Assembly (NCBI GenBank): GCA_051294375.1
Contig: CM119271.1
Span: 2,060,677 to 2,124,676 of the forward strand
DNA length: 64,000 nucleotides
Reading direction: 5' to 3'
DNA from: Paraspadella gotoi
Lineage: Eukaryota > Animalia > Chaetognatha
Part shown: positions 34,346-44,650 of the stretch, piece by piece
Layout of the letters: each line of letters begins with the position of its first letter
Position numbering within the stretch: the stretch's first letter is position 1
Translations under genes and position numbers: made by a program
Notes under the pieces: generated by a model
Database searches by the model: none
What the model was told of the DNA's origin: nothing
The model's input: only the letters and a program-made list of their open reading frames with translations

Positions 34346-37300
34346 TCAGAAAATGTCGTCGCCGTCTTCGTCGGAATCGAAATCGTCGTAGAGCTGACAT
34401 TTGTAGGATTCCGTCTTTACTTTAAAAGGCGCATGTTTCCACATGAACCTCGTTCTCGGAAGCGATCGTTTGCTTCTCCGATCAAAGTACTTGACGGCCG
34501 AAGCCTTGATGGATATTTGGGGGCCGCGGTACAAGAGACCCTTTTTGAATGTGATCTCGACCCCGATCTTGTTGTCCTTGCAAGAGTTGCAAAAGACCCT
34601 GGCTATTCTGTCGACTTCGCCGCCGTGATCGTCGTCGGACAAATCGTCAAACTCTTTTCTGTAAATCTTTTCCTCGAAATCATCGCCGACGAGCAGATGA
34701 TGATTGGTCTCGTTAATTTTAACGACCTCGACGGCGGGACAAATCGGCTCCTTGCAATGAGCGCAGACGATGTCGTAATCGGCCGCTTTTTCCAACCGCT
34801 TTTTCTTCTCTTCTCGCTTCTTCCTCTTCGTCACGTAGGCCTTTCTCTGTCGCTTCTCCATACTCAGCGTCCAATCGGAGAATTTCGGGCCGGAAGTTTT
34901 TTCCGCAAAAAGGGAGAGGGCATCATTCATGGCTTTGATGAGGTTTTGGTTCCGTAGCTCCCGTTGTTCTTCGGGGGATCCTTTAAATTTTTTTTTTAAT
35001 CATTATATTATGGCAACGGGGGACATGTTTGATGCCTGGGGTGTGAGGCATCTCCCGACAGCTGGCGCTCAGGGCTTTGGACCTGCAGTGACCACCCCAT
35101 GTCACTGGCGTGTTTATGCCGACACCATCACACTTTAACCAGCGTGACCGTGAGGGGATTGAACCCGGAACTCACGGTTGGTGAACGAGTACTTAGCAGT
35201 CCAAGCCAATGGGACGAGCTGAGTTTCACCAAGCTATACGGGGGGCGAATTTAGGATTCGCCACAATATCTGAAAAAATAACAGGATTTTTCATTTAGCG
35301 AACTTCCCCAAAATCTTACCGCTGATAACGAAAAGATAACACTGAGATCCTTCCCTCCGAGCTCGGCCCACTGCCTGCGTGGCGCCAATCTCGTCGCTCA
35401 CGTAGTGATATCTTATGACGACGTTGCATTGCGGGATGTCGATGCCTTCCTGGGCGATGTTGGTCGCGACCAGGAGATTGGCATCGCCACTGCGAAAACG
35501 GTCCAAGTGGGTCGTGACTTCGTGGTCGGACATCTCGGTCTTGCCGACCAAACGAACCGGATTGAGGACTGGAAAAAAAAATGTTAAACAATAAACATGA
35601 ACTAAAAATCTAAATTGTCATCCCAATGAAGTTGACATTTTTTCCACCTTCAGACAACTCCACGTCCGATTCGATGAAATCCATAATGGCCTTCGTCGTG
35701 AAACGTCGCTCCACGAGAAGAATCCCCCTCGTGTCGGGTTCGCGAAAAAGCTCCAGCAATTTTTCTTTCAGTTTCGCCAGAATCGGAGTCGGCTTTTCGT
35801 CGATTGACTGGGAAAAACTTTCGAATTTCCCTACATTCTGAAACGTAAATTTTGAAAATAGATGAAAGTTAAAACATGTAGCGGTAGTATTTCATACCCC
35901 GCTACTCGTCCGAAAATCAGCAGCGCCTATGGCGCCGGATGTAGCACGAGCTCCTCGCAACCCAAAGGACTCGGGCTCGCGGCCTGCTGATTCACAAAAG
36001 TAAAAGTGGGACGGGACGTGACGTCTAACCCACCTGTAGTGACGGACCACACACGGGAAGTTTTGGACCTTGTGTGCAACGACAGTGAACTGCTCGTGAC
36101 ATCGTCTTCCACAAACCCACATATGAGCAAAAGGCATTCTCTCATCGCCTCACCTGTCGCCAGAGGTCCTTGACGCGATTGATGTACTCAACGCTCGATT
36201 TCTCGTCCATCGCGTGAAACGGAAGTTTCTCGTTGACTTTAAGAAACTCGACGACGTCTCGACAGCGGAGAATTTTTAACAAAGAGAACGCCTTCGTAAA
36301 CAAAAGAAAGAAAAAAACTAAAAATAGTCATCGGCGCGGATAACAAATCGAGCAATTTACAACGAGTTTTACTCACCTTGCTAAACTCCATCAAGTAGCG
36401 AGCGGCTATATGTTTGTTTTGATCCGGATTCTCGGTCTCCTTCTCGACCATTCCGCCGATAGTGAGCAACGTTTCGTGCTCCCCGAGCTTAAGGTTCCGA
36501 ATATCGATGGGATCGTCGAGAAAGGACATCGCGTCCTCGACGAATCCGCGAAGGAGATTGTCGAAGAGGGCGTCGAATCTTTTTCCAACCCTAACGATCT
36601 CCTCCACACCCGGATCCGGACAATGATCTCGAAGATCCTCCCGCTCGGCCGCCGATCGAGGAAAAACGACCCTCGAGGCGTCGAGATTGTAGCACATGAG
36701 GCTCAATTGATTTAGGGCCTCAGTCGCTAAAGCTTTTCGTTCGTCGGATTTTGATTTGTCGCCTGGAAATGAGAAAAAATAGTATAAACATTAAGAGCAT
36801 GAATTTATTTTTCATCTACTAAAACGTACTACCTGCTCCTAAAGAAGCGGAGAGGCCAACGATTTGAGGAAGCCGTTGATTGTTAGGTCGATAAATGTCG
36901 TCGTTCACCTGAGAAAACAAGTTATATTTCGCGTCGGTATGTCCGTTTTTAGCATTTATAATTTTTCGAAAATCTTGCCTCTTCTTCGTTATCGAATTTC
37001 TTTAGGAGATATTGCTCCATGACTTTATTGTTCGGGTGTCCCCCGGAGGTATGGTGGCATTCATCCATGATAATTATGGAAACGTTGCGTAAATTAAAAT
37101 TGTAATCTTTGATTCGTAGAGCGTTGGCAAAAATCTGAATGTAAATTTGTAATAAATATTATGAAATTGGTGCAACCAAAACAAAAATTATCCGTTCATT
37201 TGATTAGAAGCTATTAATAAGCTATCTTGCCCCGGACTTTAGATAGGCTATGGTGGGTTAAGGCAACCTGCAATCGGCCAGTTAGTAAATATAAAAAAAA

Positions 37301-38650
37301 AAGAAAAAAGAAAAAAGTACTTGGGCTGTGCAGAAAACAACTTCGTTTTTTCTGACATTGTCCATAAATTCATCCGTGTCTTTAGCGATCCCGGTTCCCA
37401 GATTATGGGAGCTGAGACTTTGAAACGCATCTGCAAAAAAAAAAAAAAATATTAAAAAAGGGTCATGAGAAGATAATCGTGGAACCCCTACCATTCCAGT
37501 TTAATTTACCGTCATAAACCCTAAGCTGTTGCTCGGCCAAATGACGAATGGGCACCAAAAACAAGCAAAGAAACTTCTTTCCTTCCAAGGCTGCCTTAAC
37601 GCTGTGATACTTGGTAATGTACCCCGCGACGTGAGTTTTTCCTCCGCCTTATTAAAACCAAAATATATTTTATTTAATATTTTTAATATTAATCATCCCA
37701 CCGACCAACCTCGATCCTACAACACCTGTTTGTAATACGACGATACTATTCTCTCCTCTCAACCCTGGTTCCGCCAACAACTTCTGATAGTTCCGCAGGT
37801 TCGTGTTCAGTCTCAGCTGATTCAGAATTCGGTCGTGGTCGATCCCGAGGGTCGGAAGTTGTCGGAACACTTCCTCGTCGAAAACGCCGGGCGGAGCCGC
37901 GATTCGATTCGAGGAGCGGCGAAGGAGGGACACGTCGGGCCCGGCGCTCGAACGGTTCGACGAGGAGGATTCGGACGAAGCGCCGTCGACCTTCAGCGAG
38001 GACAACTCGACGGATAGTTCGAGGCGAACATCGATCGCCGGCGTCGGAGGATGAACCCAATCGACGCCTCTGTCCGATCTAACGACAGCGCCGTCCGATC
38101 TAACGGTGGCGCCGTCTGATCGAAACTCCTCGGAAGCGGTAGATGTTTCTCGCGTATCTACAATCCGTTTGATCTCTGTTTCGTCGGACTCGTCATAATC
38201 AAATTGCAGGCGATGACTAGAAACATCGCCAAGCGACAGAGAGGCCTGCGAAACCGACGAAGCGAGGGGGACATCTCGGGAAGGAGACCCCGTTTGTCCG
38301 GCAAGAGGGTCGGAAGGTGCGGGGTTTTCAAATACATCAAAGCCTTGATATAATAACGCGCCAGCGCAGGGAGGTTCATTGTTGAGACGGAGTTTGTCCC
38401 CTTCGAAAAATCTGTCGACCAAATCGAGTCGGTGAACGTTATTGAGCGCTTGGCGAATGACGGAGCAATCGTGCTCAGTGATGGAGCCATCCTTGATAAG
38501 AAAATTAAATAATTCGAAAGGCTTTTTGAATTGTTCCAACTTTCCAGTGGGAACATGTTTTTGAATCAAAAACTTGATTTCTTTAAACTGTTCATCAGTC
38601 AACTCCTCTGATATTTTGAGCAAAGTTACGAAAATTCCATCCAGAGCCAT
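34346..38650 (-). CDS. DED-containing RIG-I-like receptor, copy 2
   Basis: DED with HRLDL; LRNYQ, GGGKT, MDECHHT, LPQIVGLSASLG, LLVATNIAQEGIDIPQC, QAVGRAR; CTD CAHC...CNSC; acidic tail DDFDSDEDGDD. Confidence 0.92.
35009..35265 (-). mobile_element. Solo LTR (257 bp) of a tRNA-headed, twister-containing TRIM family, inside RLR2 intron 34981-35319
   Basis: The - strand starts TGTGGCGAATcctaaATTCGCC and ends GTTGCCATA; 4-bp TSD ATAT (35005-35008, 35266-35269); A-box-like TGGCTTGGACTG and B-box GGTTCAATCCC; module order matches the LTRs at 54942 and 55436. Confidence 0.85.
35061..35143 (-). ncRNA. Twister ribozyme, P5-type permutation with P3
   Basis: GCUGGU uaaa GUGU GA UGG UGUCGGCA UAA ACAC GCC AGUGAC-augggguG-GUCACU g CAGG UCCAAAGC CCUG agc GCCAGC. 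P5, P2 (ACAC/GUGU), P3, P4 (CAGG/CCUG) and pseudoknot T1 (CCA/UGG) all pair; predicted cleavage U35116|A35115. Confidence 0.88.
35877..36121 (+). mobile_element. Degenerate or related LTR-like insertion in an RLR2 intron
   Basis: Starts TGTAGCGG...CCGCTAC hairpin then cgtccg, like the TRIM LTR; tRNA-like segment sharing caacccaaagg with the 60.5-kb element; partial twister-like core GUGG GA CGG GACG-UGA-CGUC UAA CCCAC. 3' end and TSD unclear. Confidence 0.5.
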
Positions 38651-38913
38651 GAGCTACTAAATTCATCCCTTCAAAGCCATAAATATTTACAGCCGAAAAC
38701 GAAGCTGTGAATACTGATCAACAAACAAAAAAAAAGAATTTGTTTCACCCAGTAAATAGCAGTAAAAACTCTTTAGACAAGGAAATAATCCCTGCAAATT
38801 ATCACACTGAACATCACAGAAAGATGTCCCAAAGACGTTTATATTTAAAAAAAAGTACATTAATACTAATTAATATAACCAAACTTTACAAGTTTCAAAA
38901 GGCGAAGAAAACA

Positions 38914-41900
38914 CTAATCCTCATCGGAATCGCTAAGTTCCGGCGGTTTGATCCTGAAAGACTCCGTCTCGATTCGAAACGGGGCTTTGTCCCACGCGAA
39001 ATAGGACTTGGGTTCGGCACGACCTCCTTCCTTTCTGTACTTGACGCTTCTGGCCGCGATACAAATCTGAGGTCCTCGGAATCTGATGCCTTTGTTGTAT
39101 GCAATTTCGACTCCGACTTTCTTCGTCTTGCATTCGCCGCAATAAATTCTGATGAAGAATGATTGTATAGTTTAAAATTCTACAAGAATCCAGGTCCACA
39201 AAAAACTTTCCTAACGCGTACCCTTCGTCTCCCGGTGGCCTGTAAATCCTATCTTCAATCGCTTCTTTGTCCCTGACAAGATGGTTGCTGGTCTCCTCGA
39301 TCTTGACTATCTCATCCGCGCCGCACAATGGATGGTGACACCCGGCGCAGACAATCCAGTAATCGTCAGGGTCGTTTTTTGCTCTCGAGCTCTTGCATTT
39401 CTTTTTGCCAGACGCGTGTTCTTGTGTCTCTAAAACCTTCTTCTTCCATTTCGTAGTGTCGTCGTTTTTACATATTTTGGCGTATTGAACCAAAGCGTCC
39501 TTCATAGCCACTATTAATCGACGATTGTGTTCTTCGTGTTTTTGCTCGGGAGATCCTGAAAGAGTGTAACCAAGGATTACAAATCATGTCAATTCTCTAA
39601 CAGATTAAACCACAAACCCCTCGTTCACCTTGAATAACCAGTAAATAACACTGAGAATCTTCCTTCCTCGCTCTACCGACCGCCTGCGTGGCTCCAATCT
39701 CGTTGCTGACGAAATGATAACGAATGACGAAGTTGCATTGCGGAATGTCGATTCCTTCTTGAGCAATGTCCGTCGCCACCAACAAATTGCATTCTCCTCT
39801 ACGGAATCGTTCCAGGTTTGTCAGTCCAACGTGATCCGACATTTCCGTTTGACCCACGAAACGACAGGGGCGAATCACTGAGAGAAATGTTTCGTATTTG
39901 GCATCGAATAATAACGTCGTCCGCGCCGAACCAAAACTAGAATCTAGAACCTTTGGACAATTCCTCATCTCGCGCCACAAATTCTTCGATAGCTTCGGTA
40001 GAGAAGCGTTGTTGAATGAGAATAATCCCGCGGGATTCCGGAAGAGAGAATAAATGTATCAATAGCTCTTTAAGCTTCTTCAATATGGGATTTAAAGTTG
40101 CATCCACAGACTTGGCATTTGTCCGCAAATCCGGAAGATTCTGTGAAAAAAAAAATATTACGCTTAAAACTATTTATATTTTCCAAAGCTAGTAACGGAA
40201 TAAGCTGTCGTAAAACCAGGAAACGCGTTAAAAGTAATTATTTTAACCTTTTCCCATAGGCCTTTCACGTGATTAATATACTCTTTGTTCGATATCGTCT
40301 CTTGATGATTGGGAGAAAAAGGAAGATCTTTGTTGTTTTCCAGAAACTGAACCACGTCCCAGCATCGCAGAATTTTTAAATGCGAAAAAGCCTGTTCGAA
40401 TCGATAAGGAATAACATAAATAAATTAAATTGTATTCATCGGTAATTTTGACAAAGTTGCCTTGCCTTGCTAAACTCCTTGAGATAGTCGGCGGCGATTT
40501 TTCTCTGCTTATCATCGGCTTCAATTTCTCTCTCGATAATTTTGTCGATCTGCTTCAAGCCTTCGTCGTCGCCGAGGGAGATCGTCTTCACGTCGACGAC
40601 GGGCTCTTCGAAAAATCCCAGGGCCTCCGTGACGAAGCGATGCAGGCATCGGTAGAAATCCTGGTTGGGTCTCGTTATGACGGGAATGATTTCCTCCTCG
40701 GCCTGATCGTGACAGTGTTTACTGAGGCTGGCTTTTTCCGCCTCCGTTCGCGGGAAGACCACGATGGAACTGTCCAGATTTGCGCAAATGAGCAGCAGCT
40801 GTTGGAAAGCTTGTTTCGACAAGTCTTCTCGTTCTTCCGACTTGGTTTTGTCGCCTGGATGGAGAATGTCAATTTTTTTTCTCCTTGTAATTCGCTTTTT
40901 TAAAAATTCTTTTATTTACAAATCATACCAGCTCCTAACGAGGCAGAAAGTCCAATTATCTGAGGAAGATCCCGAACTCTTTTTCCACCCTGGACATAGA
41001 CGGGACTGATTGAAAAATTGGGAGGACTTTTCTGGGATCGCGGCCAATCTCGAAAATTTTACCTTTTTGTCATTCATATAATGGGCCATGGCCCGCTGGT
41101 TGGGATGCCCTCCTGAAGTGTGATGACATTCATCCATGATAATCAAAGACAGTTTGCTCATGTCAATCCTTTTATCATTGAGAGCATTAACCAAAATCTA
41201 ATTAAGTTATTCGCAAAATAATTAATCAGAATTGAATCTAAAGACGCAAAAAACTTTAAAATACCTGCGCCGTGCAAAATACCACTTCTTTGTTTCTCCC
41301 TTCCTTTTGTATATTCATTAATTCATCAGTATCTTTCGCAATACTAGTCCCAAAGCCTTGAAACGCTTCTGAGTAAACAAACGGCACAATGTTCATTGTT
41401 CAAAACAGGATAATTGGTTTCTTTCTACGATCAAGCATTACTCTAAAATGTACCTTGGTAAACCCTCTGCTGTTGTCCGGCCAAATGACGAATGGGAACC
41501 AAAAAAAGGCACAGAAATGATTTCCTATCAACAACTGCCTTCATGCTGTGATACCTCGTGATGTAGGCGGCAATGTGAGTCTTTCCCCCACCTAATATTC
41601 AATATATTAAGTTTAAGATTTATTCCCAAATTAAAAAAACAAAAACAATAACCAACCACAACGTCGCTACCGGTTTGCAAGACGACGATGCTATTCTCCC
41701 CTCTGAGACCCGGCTCCGCCATTGACTTTTGGTAATCCCTCATTTCCGCCGAAAACTTCAATTGCTTGAGAATTCGATCGTGATCGATCCGGCCGTCGTC
41801 GAGCGTCGGCAGTTTTCGAAACACGTTTTCGTCGATGGCGAAGTCAGGACTGCTTGGGTCGGCGTCGGAAGCTGCGTCGGACTCATATTTTTTCGTTCCA

Positions 41901-42809
41901 GTGATCTCAAATTCACTCGGCCCTGCATTCGTAAAAACCGCTGAATCCTGAAGCAGATTAACAGAGTTTTAATACTTTCGACATTTCTTAAAACGTCTTT
42001 AAAAAAAACCGCACCCGAGGGCAGGCTCCGAGATTATCCAAAGAGACTTCAACCGCGTTGGCCAAGACGACCCCGCCGTCCGCTTTAACCTCTTCGGCGG
42101 CTGGAGGGACTCTTCGCGGTCCCGCGCTGTCAGAAAAGACCTCTCTTCCGGCATCAATGTCCGAAAGGATAGCCGGTCGAGCGTCCGCGGAATCCGCGAC
42201 ACGTTTGACCTCCGTGTCCGACGATTCAAAGTCGATCGGCTTCAGAGTTTCCATTCGCAGATCATAAGGAAGCTCGTCGACGGAATTCGGCGGAGCGCTT
42301 CCCTCGGAGACGCTCGTCGCGGCATGAGAGATAGAAGATGCCAGTGGAGCGGTTGAAGATGCCGCTCGCGAGACGGACGAACCCGCTCGAGAGACGGTCG
42401 ACGCTGGCTGCGTGGGTTCGGTGGAGGGAAAGACTCGTACGGGGCTTTGAAACATGTCGCATGGTTCTTCAGTGGGATAGAAGTCTCCGCAATCCTGCGG
42501 CATCGTCTCGCCGAAAGAGCAGTCGTCGTTGAGTCTCAACCTGTTGCCGTTGAAGAATTTCGAGACCAAATCGTTTCGACCCACGTGACGGAGAGCATCA
42601 CGCAACGCCGAATAGTCTTCATATTTAATTACTTCGTTCTCCTTTAACAACTTAAACAATGCTTTCGCGTCTAAACATTTTTCCATCTGACGATCCCCAA
42701 GTTGATCTTGGAACAAAAACTTTACGCCTTCGAAATCTTCTTGAGTTACCTCCTTGGAAAGGCTATACAATTTAACTAAGTTAGGGTTTAGGTTGAAGGA
42801 AGCAGCCAT
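38914..42809 (-). CDS. DED-containing RIG-I-like receptor, copy 3
   Basis: DED with GRNDL; MRDYQ, GGGKT, IIMDECHHT, LPQIIGLSASLG, LLVATDIAQEGIDIPQC, QAVGRAR; CTD CAGC...CGEC; ends ELSDSDED-stop at 38914. Confidence 0.92.
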
Positions 42810-43303
42810 GCTTTTTTCCGATTTCCGTTTTACATTATTAATAAAATTATCACATATGACATTTCTGAAAAGTACCGTGAATTAAGGTAAAATAACAGAA
42901 AAAAATTAAAACAATATTTAAAAAAAAATCTTTTGTCAAAGTACAAAAATAATACATGTGTAAATAAATAAATATGACAATAAGATTATTTAAAGAACAC
43001 AATATAGAAAAACATGAGTGCAGTTAGTATAATAAATTTTTAAAATCATATTAATTAGACAATTGCTGGATCGTTAAAAAAAAGAACTTTGTTTGGATCT
43101 AATAAATTCCCCTTTTCCCTACGAAGAAAAAATTCTAAGTCCCGTTATCAAAAAATCCAATCCCATTTCCATTGAGTAAAATTTTAAATTGGAGTATGTA
43201 TGTAACTTTCTGAAGTAAAAATGACTTTTCTTTTTAAAACTAAATATCTATTAATACATGCATACCATCTATTGTTAGGAAATCAGCACAAAATATATTA
43301 CTA

Positions 43304-43329
43304 TGTGGCGGTATATTCACACCGCCTCA
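43304..43329 (+). mobile_element. 26-bp 5' stub of the TRIM LTR
   Basis: tgtggcggtatattcacaccgcctca matches LTR positions 1-26 at 54942 with one difference. Confidence 0.7.
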
Positions 43330-43603
43330 ACTAGCTAAATATATATGTTCAATGTGATAACTTAAACCATAATTTTTAAATTTAATGTTAAGATCATTAA
43401 CACGACTTCCTAATTTTATTTCCAAATTTTTTTTTTTTTTTTTTTTCTGAAAAGAAAACAGAGCAAACAAATAATTGCGGGAATGGTTGCAAAAATATCT
43501 TATGTCAACAATAAACGAGAACAAATAAGGGGAAGATAAAAATGAAAAAGAAGAAGAGATCGGGAGACAAAGTCAAGCAACTCCGTCCACATGAGACGGC
43601 AAC

Positions 43604-44011
43604 TCAATCACGGGACTTCGGGAAGCGAGCAGGTCCCCGTTCTCGCGCTGAAGGCAGACAAAGTCTCTCAAAAAAGTGCTTAGACGTTTTGCCGATATCT
43701 AAGCCTGCATTCGTTGCTAGGAGTTTGGCGAAATCTTTTAAGTTTGAGAAAGCATCCAGGTCCCATGCCCCGAAGGTAGTAACAACCAGAGGGATGAAGC
43801 CAACGTCGGCCGGCAGTTTGCCTTCGTACTTAGCATGTTTGGCCTGGCGAGCTCGTTCCAGGGCATAGGTGGGGTTGAGGACGGTATGACCAAAACAGTC
43901 CTGGCGAAGGGGAGAGGTGACAGTAACATCAAAGGCTGTGGTGGTCTTGTTCCGACATCTTTTCCAACCACGGATTGTGAAATCCCCAGGTCTAGAGGCA
44001 TCATCCGCCAT
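43604..44011 (-). mobile_element. 3' fragment of a CRE-like non-LTR retrotransposon (restriction-like endonuclease domain)
   Basis: RPGD...AFDVTVTSPL...AKHAKY...FIPLVVTTFGAW matches the RPxD...DxT...K..KY...FxPLxxETxGxW pattern of CRE/R2-group REL endonucleases. Confidence 0.75.
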
Positions 44012-44014
44012 CCA

Positions 44015-44440
44015 TCATCCAAAAATGGACGAACCCACTTGGGAGTCGGTCGACGGATTTGAAACAAGTAGCGTGGATTTGGAGGAAGGAAAAGCTTGTA
44101 CTGGGCTTTGAAACATTTCGCATTCTTCCTGCGGATAATTGGGCAGCGCTGTCTTGCCAAAAAAGCTGTCGTCATTGAGTTTCAGAATAAAGAATTTCGA
44201 CACTAAATCGTTTCTAACCAGGTGACTGAGAGCATCGCGCAGTGCAAAATAGTCATCATCCTTAATTACTTCATTCATTTTTAACAACTTAAACAATGCT
44301 GCAGCGTCGGAACATTTTTCCATTGGACGCACCGGAAGTTGATCTTGAAACATAAATTTTAAGTCCCCAAATTCTTCTAGCGTCAACTCCTTGGAAAGTA
44401 GCAACAACTACACAAAGCTAGGATTTATCACAGAAGCCAT
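44015..44440 (-). pseudogene. Truncated fourth DED-RLR copy (DED plus start of linker), paralogue of copy 3
   Basis: MASVINPSFV-TAG-LLLLSKELTLEEFGDLKFMFQDQL...VRNDLVSKFF is close to the copy 3 DED; in-frame stop at codon 11; breaks off at the CRE-like fragment; upstream flank resembles 42810-43010. Confidence 0.85.
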
Positions 44441-44650
44441 GTTTCTTTCTGTAGGACTTATGTTTCACATCGTCTGTAAAGTCATTATAGTTCTGTAAAG
44501 TAACGAGAGTAGATCAAGAGAAAACGAATCAAAAATTTAAAAAAAAACCAAAAAAAACGCAAAAAAATCCATTGTCAACGTACAAAAAAAAATACGTGTA
44601 TAAATAAAGTGAAAATATTAACTGTAGAAGACATGAAGAAAGACGATCCC

